Source: Mytilus edulis | Lineage: Eukaryota | Direction of reading: 5' to 3' | DNA length: 64,000 nucleotides | Assembly (NCBI RefSeq): GCF_963676685.1 | Contig: NC_092350.1 | Location: 31,682,001-31,746,000, forward strand | In this document: piece by piece, positions 13,801 to 41,204 of the stretch | How the letters are laid out: every line of letters starts with the position of its first letter | Numbering within the stretch: the first letter of the stretch is position 1 | Notes under the pieces: model-generated | What the model was told of the DNA's origin: nothing | Database searches by the model: none | The model's input: only the letters and a program-made list of their open reading frames with translations | Translations under genes and position numbers: made by a program

Positions 13801-16800
13801 TGATATGGTTTTCTATATTGAATTTGTAAAAAATTCAACAGGTAAGGCTTAAGTCAAGAAAAGTGGGGTATTCCCTGTTTTCTAATTCAGTGTACACCCC
13901 AGTTTTCTGGTGTTAAAAAAAACCCCTAGTATACAGGGACCTCCTTATTTTCCTTTTCATTCAATGTAATGAAATTACCAAAAGAGCACATTCTACTTGT
14001 GATAACAATGCTTAATGATAGCAAGTGTTCTTTTAGTTACAAAATCAAGCTAATTTCAAGTCTAATTTGATGCATAACTCACAACAAAACAATTCCTTTG
14101 TTCACCAATTCATACCTTGATCATCAATTATGAGATGACAAAAAGATACATGTATGTTTTAAATCACTTGGGAATTAAAATTCAATGAATACAAATTTTC
14201 AATAGAAGTGAACATAATTTAGTTATGTTCAGTTATACCTGGATCATGCAGCTTGGTCAATTGATTCTTAAACAAATATTTGTATGTTTTTTCGAGTTCT
14301 AGAAGAAACAAGGCTTCACTTTATATTCATGTTTTGTATTTCCTAAAATACTTTTAATAAGTATTTACGAATTCTATTGATGCAGTTATAACATTAAAAC
14401 GTGCCCTTTTGTAATTTTCATGCCATAAATTGAAAAAGGAAATCCCATTTAAACTGGGATTTTTTTTACACCAGAAAACAGGGACGTTCCCTGAAAGCAG
14501 GGAATACATGTATCCCACATTCCCTGACTTGTGCCCAACCTGTTCAAAGACAAAGTAGATAAATTTTAAAGCACGATTCAGACCATTTTTACTCAAAGTC
14601 TTTAAGATTCTATCCTTCAAAAATGAACAGAGGTTAGACACAAAGCAAATCAAGATGCACTCAGAAAGTTGAAAGATGCTTCAGGTTTTTTTTTATTTTC
14701 AAAAAAGATCACCCTTGCAAACATTTTGTTTATTTCCTTGATTCTGAATCATGTAGGCGCTTCCTTGCAAAAATGCCTTGATTTAAAACGCTCATTGACT
14801 ACAGCATCGGAAAGGTATCACCAAAAACCAACGCTCGTTGACTACAGCATCGGAAAGGTAACACCAATAACCAACATAGAAAAAAAAAAAAAATAGTGGA
14901 CAAGAATGGCCAATAAAAAATTTCGGGTCGCTGTGATTTTACCGAGTCGGTCGTGTGAGGGGAAACAAACAATATTTTATTTTTGGCCTAGAGATAAACT
15001 GTAAACAGCAATAATGTTCAGCAAAGTAAGATTTACAAATACGTCAACATGAACGAAATGGTCAGTTGACCCCTTTAGGAGTTATTGCCCTTTATAGTCA
15101 AATTTTAACCATTTTTCGTAAATTTTAGTAATCTTTTTCAAAAATCTTCTCCTCTGAAACTACTGGGCTAAATTAATACAAACTTGGCCACAATCATCAT
15201 TTTTTGTTATTGTCTTGAATATTATTATAGATAGTGATAAACTGTAAACAGCAATAATGTTCAGCAAAACAAGATCTACAAATAAGTTTTTCATAACCAA
15301 AATAGTCTATTAACCCCTTAAGGAGTTATTGCCCTTTATAGTAATTAATTTTTAGCATTTTTCATAAATTTTTAGAAAATATTTTCCTCTGTAATTACTG
15401 GGCCAAGTTCATTATAGATAGAGATAATTGTAGCAACAAGAATGTTCAGTAAAGTAAATTCTATAAACACATCACCATCACCTAAACACAATTATGTCAT
15501 GAATTTATCTGTGTCCATTGTTTAATATGCACATAGACCAAGGTGAGCGACACAGGCTCTTGAGAGCCTCCAGTTATGGTAATTACTGATTTTCTTTTTT
15601 CTTACAAGTGTTATCAGCTTTAAGAAGAGGAAATGTTTTTTTTATTAAGGGTATATGATACAGAAGAGATCCCTTGTTGACTTTTCTTTGATTTTTTTTT
15701 GTACAAAAAGTAAATTTATATACAAAGGAAAAATATACCTTCATTAAAATTTTGAGGTATTAGGATTTGATTTTGAACTGTTTATGATACATACACATTT
15801 GCATATTTCAATACCTAGCTATAAATTGGCAAAAAAAAGAGATATATTTTCCCTATTTGTTTTGGTAAACATTATAAACAACATCATTGCTTTCCTTTGA
15901 GACTGCTTTCAAATTTATGCAGCACATTTGATGACATCAGAGTGTTTTCTGTAGGCTCTGTAAGCAAAGATTGTCAAAACTTCAAAATAAAATATCCACA
16001 AAAACCAAACTCCTCAATGCACGAAAATTTATACACTCGAAAATAAAAAAATCGAATGAATGTTTATTTCTTGATAAAAACTCTTTCCTTAATAAAACTG
16101 TACTTTTCTTTAAACATGATTTCAATTTATTCATTGTTGCAAGAATTCATAGATGATATTACTATTTTTACAGAGATACAGAATCAAAAGCTTCATACCC
16201 ACATATCAACATGTGTATTCCCATAGCAACAGTCGCACCAATAATCCAAGAGTACATGGCCTCCAAAGGTAATGAATTTAAGCTAAAATAAATAATTCAC
16301 AAAAATTTGTAGTTTTTGAAAAAAGACTCAAATCTCACAGCAGAAATAGGGATTGTCAGTTTTTGTTGGTGGGGAAAGCCATAGCGCTGAAGAGGAACAC
16401 TGATCTTCAAAGAAAAATTAAGATAAAATATAATTTAATTTCAATTGGCACAACATATGGTTCAGGTAGAATTTCTGAGATATTCTTGTAACCAAAAGAT
16501 TAGAAAGCCAAAAATATGAATTGGAGAACCCTAAAATTCCTAAATAGAACAGCAGAATCTGTCATTTGCCTGTTAATGGGAGATGCATCTCTGGCTTCAG
16601 CAGAAAACAAAATATAATGAACTGAACATTTTTGGACAAAACTAATACATTGTAACTTGAATAATAAAAAAAAAGATGGCTTCTTATTGGATAGGTATCC
16701 AGCAACATACTAACACAATTGAAGTACAAAAATCCATATTACAATTCTCCATGGACACAACATGTGTTTCTAGAATTATTTTTATTAGGTACACTTAACA

Positions 16801-18117
16801 AAACAAAAATTGGAATTCCTCAATTATGAAATACATTTTTGTACTGGAAAGTGCAAAAAAAAACTTTGCTGGGAGTTCAAATGTTCCTTTAGATTTCATA
16901 AGTTCTTGATTTTCAAAATATTATAATATGTTTTGTATATATACCTCAGATCATCTTTAACCTGCAAGAAAGAGTAAAACACAACTTTTACTGACTTTGA
17001 TAGGAATGTTAATTTTTCTTTCTTTCAGATGCAAGCATTCTAGAAAATCTTACTATAAAACATAAACATATTAAAAGGCTGTGGATGCTGGACTCAATAC
17101 ATACAGGTAAATATTAAAAAAACCAAACACACACTTTATTATACACCCCCTTTAAAAAAAGTGGGGGTATACTGTTTTACATCTGTCTGTCTATCCATCC
17201 ATCAGTCAATCCGTCCCATGAATATTTTTCATTGCATTTTTCTCAGGAACTACACTACAAGGAATTCTGAAATTTGGTTTTAGGGTTTATATAAGTCAGC
17301 TAAACTGTGTGATGTGTTTTCAGATTCATCATGCAACTTCCTGTTTACCAAACACTTGTATCATTTTACACATGATAGCCAAGTAGAATATTTTCATCAA
17401 GTTTTTTCAGGAACTACCACTTTATTATACTGTTTTACCTCTGTCTGTCTATCCATCCATCAGTCAATCTGTCCCATGAATATTTTTCATTGCATTTTTC
17501 TCAGGAACTACAATACAAGGATTTCTGAAATTTGGCGGCGGGGGTATCATCAATAGCTCACAGTTTCACTTGTTTATCATCTTCTAAAAAGTAAGATACA
17601 TGAAGGCAAATGAAATAAATATAGTCTGTTGTAAGAGAAATAGTTTCCCTTTGCATGCGGGAGAAACATTTGAGCCAATTGGTAGTGTGAAAAGACCAAG
17701 CCTTTTGGATATGCATAGTAACCTTCTAAACCAAAAATATGTCTTAACCAAACAAATTATTCAGTACCCCTCTTTTACTTTAAAACCCCATTTAGTTAGG
17801 CAATGAAGCAAGGCTTGAGTGCAACTTTAAACCCTTAGCATTTAGTAATGAAACTGAGCATGATTATCTTTGTCTTTTATTAGAAAACTGTAAGTTGGAA
17901 GCCAATGTGAAATAAACCCCAGAAAATATAAAAAAAAGTTTTTGCTGCTTCAAGATTATCTGCAATGCAGATGTTGTTTAACAGTATACATAATTATAAT
18001 GGTATTGGTAAAACTTAGCATCTTTCTTGCTAGTATTAAGTATGATAATACATGATAGTGTAATCTGCACAATAACAGCTTTAATATTTTTTTTATATTT
18101 CAGCCAGTAAGTTATAG
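7133..18117 (+). CDS. TYSND1: Peroxisomal leader peptide-processing protease (trypsin domain-containing 1); 9 coding exons, about 525 aa
   Basis: Exons 7133-7863, 8587-8735, 9590-9739, 10800-10949, 11657-11778, 12402-12490, 16174-16268, 17029-17106 and 18104-18117 join through GT-AG introns with matching phases (1578 nt = 526 codons). TYSND1 motifs: TDARCVPGSEGG, LCWKSNEWVG, WGSGVV...LTCSHVV (His), FDIAV (Asp), TTCAVHAGASGG (Ser), YPHINMCIP, C-terminal SKL. Confidence 0.95.
8587..8735 (+). CDS. TYSND1: TYSND1 coding exon 2
   Basis: YLVGLIITSLCWKSNEWVGLSMAC...; tttag/gt boundaries, phase 2 to 1. Confidence 0.9.
9590..9739 (+). CDS. TYSND1: TYSND1 coding exon 3 (catalytic His)
   Basis: ...VGSNWGSGVVIGQEDGYHILLTCSHVVKESDYNT; ttttcag acceptor, CAG|GTATAC donor. 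Confidence 0.92.
9652..10305 (+). repeat. Tandem array of six 109-bp units; the first overlaps the 3' part of TYSND1 exon 3 and its donor
   Basis: Units start at 9652, 9761, 9870, 9979, 10088 and 10197; each contains ...ACTTGTA(G/A)CCATGTAGTTAAAGAG...ACAG|GTATACC. Confidence 0.97.
10800..10949 (+). CDS. TYSND1: TYSND1 coding exon 4 (catalytic Asp)
   Basis: GKVIYKTPVDEQFDIAVL; ttttccag acceptor, AAG|GTTATT donor. Confidence 0.9.
11657..11778 (+). CDS. TYSND1: TYSND1 coding exon 5
   Basis: GDKVYVIGHAVFGEEKNLEPTITSGIISKV...PVLIQ; phase 1 to 0. Confidence 0.92.
11873..12080. mobile_element. Tc1/mariner-type MITE
   Basis: TIR CTGTAAATTCAGAAATTATTG, TA flanks on both sides. Confidence 0.8.
12402..12490 (+). 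CDS. TYSND1: TYSND1 coding exon 6 (catalytic Ser)
   Basis: TTCAVHAGASGGAIVNQYGQLVGIPVSNA; donor GTAAGT. Confidence 0.93.
12767..15575 (-). mobile_element. HINE-like element, family B (~502-bp core repeats), containing a nested MITE
   Basis: Reverse complement of the 28854-31142 element: terminal hairpin AGCTCACCTGGCCCGAAGGGCCAAGTGAGCT, (CGT)n, core repeats, GAGCCTC.AGTT end. Confidence 0.85.
13708..14988. mobile_element. PIF/Harbinger-type non-autonomous element nested in the HINE
   Basis: GGCCAA..TTTGTTTCCCCTCAC TIRs; TAG TSD at 13705-13707 and 14989-14991 splits the host motif ATAGAGATAAACT. Confidence 0.85.
16174..16268 (+). CDS. TYSND1: TYSND1 coding exon 7
   Basis: DTESKASYPHINMCIPIATVAPIIQEY; phase 2 to 1. 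Confidence 0.9.
17029..17106 (+). CDS. TYSND1: TYSND1 coding exon 8
   Basis: DASILENLTIKHKHIKRLWMLDSIHT; strong polypyrimidine acceptor, CAG|GTAAAT donor. Confidence 0.87.
17135..17575 (-). mobile_element. HINE-like element, a third family
   Basis: Terminal hairpin ATACACCCCC...GGGGGTATAC, (TCTG/TCCA)n tract, internal duplication, CTTGTT end. Confidence 0.6.
18104..18117 (+). CDS. TYSND1: TYSND1 terminal coding exon encoding A-S-K-L-stop (PTS1)
   Basis: ttttttttatatttcag|CC AGT AAG TTA TAG; phase 1 matches exon 8 and gives the canonical SKL end of TYSND1. Confidence 0.88.
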
Positions 18118-19476
18118 AGGAAGAGAACAAACAGCTGTGATAGACATTCTTGTTAATTATTTATCTATTTTTAAATTGTTATATTTTTACTTTTAAGTAT
18201 TAAAAATTACGGACATAAGCTTTATATTTTTTAAATCTGAATATACTAATGAGTCTTTTTAAGGTGGAAACCTGTCCTGTTAAACAGGAAGCAACCAGAA
18301 AAAAAAGTTGTCAATATTATGATAGACAGTCAGGATGATATTTGTGAAGTAAATATTGATTGATTGATTGGTTGGTGTTTAATGCCACTTTCAAAACTCT
18401 TCTCATATTATGTGATGGTCAGTTTTTATTGGTGGAGGAAGCCAGAGTGGCGGGAGAGAACCACTGACCTTCTGCAGGAAAAGTGACAATCCTAGCCAAT
18501 TAAGAATGAACAGGAACATACATATTAAATATACTGTTCCCAGGAAGGAAGTAAAATAAAAAGGCCAACAGATACATGTAGTAGCCTTCATAACACTGCA
18601 TAAATTTCAAATGAATAAGAAAATTGTCAACCTAGGTTGAGGAAGTAACAATCATGCACTTTTACAATGACAACATTTTATAAAAAAAACCTAATTTGTG
18701 TTTATCCAAATCAGTTGTGTGAGATGTTACGTCTGCAATATAATTTGAGTTATTTCCCTTAGAATGCAAATTGTCTTTGAACACATGTATAAAGGCTTTT
18801 TTTCTGAATAAAATATGTTTAAATTACAATACAAATGTACTTCACGAAAAACCAAAAGTGGCAAATCAACAATAAAAATTTAGCCTGTTTCATCATACCA
18901 TATGAAAGGGGTTTCTTTGGTTGTAAGAACATCCCATTTTGTATAGTTTATTTGTTGTACTTGTCAAATGGATCACTCTTCTTTACAAGTGGCATACTAG
19001 GTGGCTTAATTTGACTCTGTGATGAAACTCTTGTTTTCTTCTGCAACCAATATTTAAACTATGATGCATTGACAAATTAACAAATAAACACTTCAATTTT
19101 GATAAGATTGATGAATTCAGTAGTTTTTGTCTCAGATTCTATGAATATTGCAATAAAAAAAAGACATAGGGATTCTTGTCCAGAGGCAGTGGTGTTAGCT
19201 CTTTGGTTTAATTTTTGCTTAATAATCTGTTTGGTTTCTTGGAAATGATTTTTTTCTCAGTTATTATAAGTAATGGGACACAATATTTGGGATATAGAAT
19301 CAATGAAGGGTATACATGACTGTCAAATAGAGAATTAACTTGACCTTGAACACATTTCATGATCAGTGACCAGTGGTTAAGTTTGTTGTATTAAATAATG
19401 TCTGTCTCTCAGATTTTATAAGCAGGAGGTCACCTGTACCTGGTGTATGAAATCATTTTTGTATATATAAAAAAAG

Positions 19477-19650
19477 AAGATATGGTATGATTGCCAATGA
19501 GACAACTCTTCACAAGAGACCAAAGTAACACAGAAATCAACAACTAAAGGTCACCGTTCTTCAACAATGAGCAAAGCCCATACCACATACTTAGCTACAA
19601 AAGGCCCCGAAATGACAATGTAAAACAATTCAAACGAGATAACTAACAGG
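19477..19650 (+). repeat. Interspersed repeat (GAAGAT.TGGTATGATTGCCAATGAGACAACT family)
   Basis: Related copies near 19966-20050(-), 26820-26930(-), 35545-35640(-), 43706, 56058(-) and 58520. Confidence 0.7.
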
Positions 19651-20244
19651 TCTGTAAAGCAGTTTCTCATAGCTTGACCTCATTTTCATGGTTCATTGGT
19701 AAATGTTGAGTTTTTAGTGGTTATGCTAGTTTTCAGATCTGCAAGCAATAGGTCAACAATATACAGTATATGTAATTATTGTAAGAGATACATGTCTGTC
19801 TCGCTGGGTTCATGACCATTACTTTATTTCTATGGATCTCGATAATGTAAGTTTATATGAAATCTAGCATGTTTACTGTTTTGTTTATTTATTAGAATAA
19901 TGAAGAACACATCCATAACATGTGTGCAATCACTGTGCACAGTTTATATCTAGAGGTCATGCCATACAGTGACCTATAGCTGCTTACATCTGAATTATTT
20001 GGTCTCCAGTGGAGAGTTTCTCATGGGCAATTATATCGCATCTTCCTATTTGAATCAATATTTGAAAATTTATAAATATTTATAAATGAAAAAAAAGAAC
20101 ACAACAGGTACTGTCTTAATTTAAGACAGTCTGAGTGCTATTGCTTCTGGCCCCACTCTTGACTCTGGCAACATGTAATAATACCTGCAGATATAACAAG
20201 GAAATTTTCTCTGTAGGTAATCCAGATATTTCACACTGTGCTAC

Positions 20245-21336
20245 TGTTGGGGCAGCAACCCAACAAAGGGTTGTCCGATTCATCTGAAAATTTCAGGGGA
20301 GATAGATGTTAACCTGTTAAACAATTTTACCCCCATGTCACATTTGCTCTAAATGCTTTGGTTTTTGAGTTATAAGCCAAAAACTGCATTTTACCCCTAT
20401 GTTCTATTTTTAGCCGTGATGGCTGGGTCACCGGACACATTTTTTAAACTAGATACCCCAAAGATAGTTGTGGCCAAGTTTGGATGAATTTGGCCCAGTA
20501 GTTTCAGAGGAGAAGATTTTTGTAAAAGATTACTAAGATTTACGAAAAAATGGTTAAAAATTGACTATAAAGGGTAATAAATCCTAAAGGGGTCAACTAA
20601 CCATTTGGGTCATGCTGACTTATTTGTAAATCTTACTTTGTTGAACATTATTGCTGTTTACAGTTTATCTCTATCTATAATAATATTCAAGATAATAACC
20701 AAAAACAGTAAAATTTCCTTAAAATTACCAATTTAGCGGCAGCAACCCAACAACGGGTTGTCCGATTCATCTGAAAATTTCAGGGTAGATAGGTCTTGAC
20801 CTGATAAACAATTTTAGCCCTGTCAGATTTGCTCTAAATGCTTTGGTTTTTGAGTTATAAGCCACCATGGCTAAAAATAGAACATAGGGGTAAAATGAAG
20901 ATTTTGACTTATAACTGAAACCAATGCATTTAGAGCAAATCGGACATGGGGTTAAATTGTTTATCAAGTTTAGATCAATCTGGCCTGAAATTTTCAGACG
21001 AATCGGACACCGGTTGTTGGATTGCTGCCCCTGAATTGGTAATTTTTAAGGAAATTTTGCCGTTTTTGGTTATTATCTTGAATATTATTGTAGATAGAGA
21101 TAAACTGTAAACAGCAATAATGTTCAGTAAAGTAAGATCTACAAAATATTTTCCTCTGTAACTAATGGGCCAAGTTCAATATAGATGAAGATAATTGTAA
21201 GTAGCAAGAATGTTCAGTAAAGTAAGATCTACAAACACATCACCAAAACACAATTTTGTCATGAATCCATCTGTGTCTTTTGTTTAATATGCACATATAC
21301 CAAGGTGAGCGACAAAGGCTCTTAAGAGCCTCTAGT
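20245..21336. mobile_element. Rearranged HINE family B copy with an internal inversion
   Basis: Core repeat in + orientation to about 20864, then - orientation through the terminus GAGCCTCTAGTT. Confidence 0.8.
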
Positions 21337-21593
21337 TTTTTTAACTTGAAAACATTTTCAGTAGAAATAAAACTTTCATTTATTTTATTAAATTTCCTCA
21401 TTCTTTACTTAGATAAATCATTGATTGATAAAAATCAGGGTGTTAAGGTCTCGAACTAGAGGCTACTAGGAGTCTGAATTGCTCAAAGGGATTTCTGTCT
21501 TAATAACATACTGGTTCTTCTATCCTCATACTCATATACTCAGAACTACAGTGCTGTCTCATAGACTTATACATTTCTACTTTTCATTGTTAT

Positions 21594-21883
21594 ATTATGC
21601 CCCACCTACAAATAGTAGAGGGGCATTATGTTTTCTGGTCCGTGGGTCCGTTCGTTTCTTTGTTCGTCCGTCTGTCCCGCTTCAGGTTAAAGTTTTTGGT
21701 CAAGTTAGTTTTTGATGAAATTGAAGTCCAATCAACTTGAAATTAAGTACACATGTTCCCTATGATATTATCTTTCTTATTTTAATGCCAAATTAAGAGT
21801 TTTTACACGAATTTGATGGTCCACTGAACATAGAAAATGATAGTGCTAGTTGAGCATCCATGTACTAGGGATACATTCTTGTT
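21594..21883 (-). mobile_element. HINE-like family A copy (single core)
   Basis: Reverse complement of the 1743-2190 structure. Confidence 0.8.
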
Positions 21884-22294
21884 CATCTTATATTACCATA
21901 ATTTATCTGCCATTGTATGCAATGGTTTAAGTTTAGATAAAGACAAAATATTAGTGAAAAGTGTTTTAATATAAATTAATAACAATATTCCGAGTTAAGA
22001 CTACCAGTAATAATTAATACCATAAATACATATAACAAATATCTCTGATTACAATAAATAAATAGGCAAGTTACCCGACTCTTATCACAATCATAATTAA
22101 TATCTTCTAATATGCTGTACATAGTACAACAAGTTCTACAAAACAAGTAAAGCTGTTTTACAATGGCACATCTGTGTTGATATAGAATAGCAAAATACAT
22201 TGAAGACTCAGGCTTTAAAAACATGTAATTTTCTGAAATGTTCAGACTTTTGACATTAGAAATAATTTTGTATGTAGTGTAGTTCATATAATAT

Positions 22295-22413
22295 AAAATT
22301 GAGAATGGAAATGGGGAATGTGTCAAAGAGACAACAACCCGACCAAATAAAAAACAACAGCAGAGGGTCACCAACAGGTCTTCAATGTAGCGAGAAATTC
22401 CCGCACCCGGAGC
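22295..22413 (-). repeat. Interspersed repeat (GGGTGCGGGAATTTCTCGCTACATTGAAGACC family)
   Basis: Related copies near 2410-2582, 28150-28335, 43826-43980, 54610-54820 and 55808-55967. Confidence 0.7.
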
Positions 22414-24199
22414 ATACATTTACATCATTTGTAAGGCAAATGAAACATTGGGTTATCTTTCTTGAACCAGAAAAATAAAATCTCCTTAAATTAAACATTG
22501 ACATTGAACATACTTAAATAGGTGCAGTTAAACAGTTACATATAAACATGATTAAATTTTTTCTGCTTTTAAGTTAGTAACATGCAATGCTGTACATGTG
22601 TATATCAATTTGAATCAAACTATTTTTTAAGAAATTCATCATAAACATGACAGAAATTAATTCAGGCAGAGTAAAATAGCTCTTTTTACATAAGTTATGT
22701 TTTTGTTGTTAATAACTGTATTAAATATTTTAAGTTGACAACTTGAATAATTGATTAGAAATTAAATTTCTATTGACATATCAGTTCTTGATAAAATATC
22801 AACTAGACTTCTTGCACTGTTTATGTCATATTAAAGCATATTCAATGTTAAAAAAATCACATATACTATGTGCTGAGTTCCAACAAATTCAATAATAAAT
22901 CAAATTTTAACTGGCCATATTGTCAACCAAAAAAGTTGTGGGAAATATTAATCATTGCTTTGTGACAATGTTATTCATTGGACAAACACTAATATCTGGT
23001 CCAACTTTATAACTTCCCTGTATTCCATTTTCTGATTGGTTGATCTTTTAAGGAAGATGTAATGTTAAACAAAAATGATCCAGCACCAAATAAATTAATA
23101 TATTATACAACTAAAATGAGGTAATCTATATAAAAAAAAGTTTAAATTTGAATTCTAAACAAAACTTATGATTATATATATATATATAATTAGTACCGGG
23201 AATTTTCAACAATGAATTTTACTAAATGTGTAATTATTTTAACCTATAAAAAGAAATGTGGTTATAGTTCAAAATGAAGAAGGTAAATTTTTGGGATTAT
23301 TTTGTCCATAATATTAATGTTAATGAAAAATTTGTTTGAGGAATTGAGCAGGGGCAATGTTGTAAATTATTTCAAAGCACATGTATTTGGAAGTCAAATG
23401 AACTGTGTAGTTTTGAAAACTTATTTTTTAAGAAATAATAGCTATGTTTATAAAGAAAATACTGGGGAATACATATTAAAATTGAAGGCATTTAGAAATA
23501 TCTATGTTTTTAGAGACAATTAAGCCTAAATTGTAGTTTATCCATGTTATTCATACATGATCTTAGTATCTTGACATGGAATAACATCCAATAAATCATA
23601 AATTTGGTCACATTTAATTATTTTAAAAACATTTAAACTCATTTATAATTCTAATTAGTTTATGGCAGATCTTATTTGAAGAATATTTAAACCAGCAATT
23701 TACTACAATTACATGGATTGCAATAAAATACAAAGAAATCATTTCCATCCACAGTACAAATAGATTAAATTCATTCTAAATTTGTCTGGATTTTTTTTTT
23801 TCATCATTACACACATTTCCACATTTTGACTTTTTCAGATTTATTGAATGAGTCAGTAGTATAAATGAAGTTTTAAAAAGTGTAAGCATTTATAGGTCAT
23901 TTCTTAGTACATAACATAAAGGGAGATAACTTTTCAGACATTTTAGCTGATAATGAGACCTTATAAAAGAGTGTTATAAAACTATCTCCACTTAAAAAAA
24001 TATCAAGTTTATGTAGAACATGTATTAAGACATAATAAATTTGTTCTATACTATCATTAGTCAAATCTGATTGCACAAATACATTTATATCACAATGATT
24101 TCAGTTAATACTTAATTCCCTGCTACAAAAAATAGACCTCAAATAAATAAATTTTCCCCCATAATAAATACTAAACAAATTAGACATGACACTACATTG

Positions 24200-38464
<14,265 letters not shown>

Positions 38465-40430
38465 CTACAATAAAACCAATCAAATTTTACATAAATATTT
38501 ATTATTTAATTTTAACCAGTTTGTTTACAGCCAAAATTGTATGTTGTTTCCATCAGATAAGACAGTTCAAGGTATTTTATTTAAAAACACTTATATTCAT
38601 TCACTTTTAAGTCTATGATATTTTAAATGCAGAAAGATATAAACCTTTTAAACGGATTGTGCTATCTATAGATCATGAAATCTGGTTGCATTATTTCCTT
38701 CTTCCTCCTTTTCCCTCTTATTTTTTCTCTTTCCCTTTTTATCATGTCCCCTTTCAACGCAATACATATTTTGCCACTGGACATTAAGCAAACAACAAAT
38801 AATCAATTAATATTAAAGATAGTTCATGTTTTTGTTCATCTGTAGCATGTAAAGGGTAATGAAGGCAATAAAAATGATAGCATCTAAGATTTCAATTATG
38901 AGAATCAGAAAATCATTTATATCATGTTATTTATCGATTTTTCATATGGCTGAATATTCAAACATAAAAACCGAATATGAATAAATATTAATGAATATTT
39001 CATGTAAAATGCATATACATAATTAAGTTTTATGGGGCAAACATAAAAAAATACCAGGTAGAACTTTACCTGAATGAACCAAATCTTCTGTATATAAGAA
39101 TCTAACATATCATGTTGATAAGATAAATCCTATAAAAGGAGTTGTTAGGACATGGTGCAACATGTACATGCTGTATATATAGTTCAAGGCAAAATAAAAT
39201 TTAAAAAAGAAATTGAAAGTGATTGAGAGGTGGGGGAATTAGTTAACTTGTAAAATAAAGGAAAATGATGTGTTATTTGGTAATAAATGCTGTTTCCCTT
39301 TTGTTCATGTCAGAAGTAAGGGATGCACCCTTTCTCTCATTTGAATCATCATTGTAAAGGGACAAATGTGTCAATTTTAAAATATTATTCTGTATATCAT
39401 GGAAAAAAAATGAGTTGAAACATTTTTTTACCCATGGCAATGGTTGCATACCATATATGGTTTGAATAGTGTCAAATACACTATTTGTACTATTAACTTT
39501 GTTTCTTGTTTAGAATAAGCACCATACAACTCAAGGTAGCCTAATGAGAGAACTGAATTTGTTATTGTTGAAATCAATTTTCACACTATGGTAATATACA
39601 TAAATATAGAACAGCCATTACAGTGTATATCTCATGTTTTTTGTAAATTTGAACCAAATACAAGAGTTTTATATTATAAAATATGGATATGAACATATAT
39701 TTACCTTTTATTGGTGGGAACATATTTATTATCCAATCTTAACAAAATATGGTAACAAAAATCAAAGTTTTAAAGCAAACAAAATAAATTCACATTATGC
39801 TAGTAATATTAAGTTTCCAAAAGTGTGAATAACTAAAAATGTAACTTTTACCCATAGTTGAAAGGAAACATAAGGTTTTCAATTAAAGTTTGATTAGATC
39901 CAAATATTGATTTTGCCCGTACCCACAGCAAAGCAATTGTTAACAATAGAGATACATGAAAATAAGCCATTAGCTACTGAATATTTCCATTCAGACGTTT
40001 TCATATTTAATAAAGACGGAAGTTGCAAACTTTGTTCTATTCCCAAGAGATGATAGAAAATCCAATTATTACTGAATAAATGAATAGTGATGATGATGCA
40101 AAATGTTTCAACATGAATTGAGTGAATCCTTTTTAGTATTTTACAAAGTTAAGTAGTATCTGTCTGGCAGTATATATATGTTGACTGAATTTAAAACATC
40201 TGAAGTAAACATGAGTCCACATGCTGAGATGTCTCACTTGCCTTACTATCCATTGATTTTATGTTGAAAGTCTTAAATTTAAAGATAAGGTTTTACTACA
40301 AGTAGCACATAAACTTTACATTTTTAAAGATCCATGACAATGAAGTCATGAAATATCCTGTCAGACAAACATATACACCTTACAATTATTCCATACACCA
40401 AATATAGTTGAACTACTGCTTGTGTATTTG

Positions 40431-41204
40431 AACTAGAGGATCTAAAGAACCTGTGTCAATCACCTTGGTCTTTGTGCATGTTAAACAAAGGACACAGATG
40501 GATTCATAATAAAATTGTGTTTGGTGATGATGTGTTTGTAGATCTTACTTACTGAACATTCTTGCTGCTTACAATTATCTCTATCTATAATGAACTTGAC
40601 CCAGTAGTTGCAGTGGAAAATATTTTGTAAAAATTAACAAAATTTATGAAATTGTTAAAAATTGACTATAAAGGGTAATAACTTCTTAAGGGGTCAATTG
40701 ACCACTTTGATCATGTTGACTTATTTGTAGATCTTACTTTGCTGAACATTATTCCTGTTTACAGTTTATCTCTATCTATAATAATATTCAAGATAATAAC
40801 CAAAAACAGCAAAATTTCCTTAAAATTACCAATTCAGGGTCAGCAACCAAACAACGGGTTGTCCGATTCATCTGAAAATTTCAGGGCAGATATATCTTGA
40901 CCTTATAAACAATTTCACCCCATGTCAGATTTGCTCTGAATGCTTTGGTTTCAGAGATATAAGCCAAAATCTACAATTTATCCCTTTGTTCTATTTTTAG
41001 TCATGGCGGCCATCTTGGTTGGTTGGGCTGGTCATCGACATATTTTTTAAACAAGATACCCCAATACTGATTATTGCCAAATTTGGTTAAATTTGGTCCA
41101 GTAGTTTCAGAGGAGAAGATTTTTGTAAAAGTTAATGACGATGGATGACGGACGCCAAGTAATGAGAAAACCTCATTGGCCATTTTGGCCAGGTGAGCTA
41201 AAAA
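40431..41204 (+). mobile_element. HINE-like family B copy (single core)
   Basis: AACTAGAGG start through the CCAGGTGAGCTAAAA end. Confidence 0.8.
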
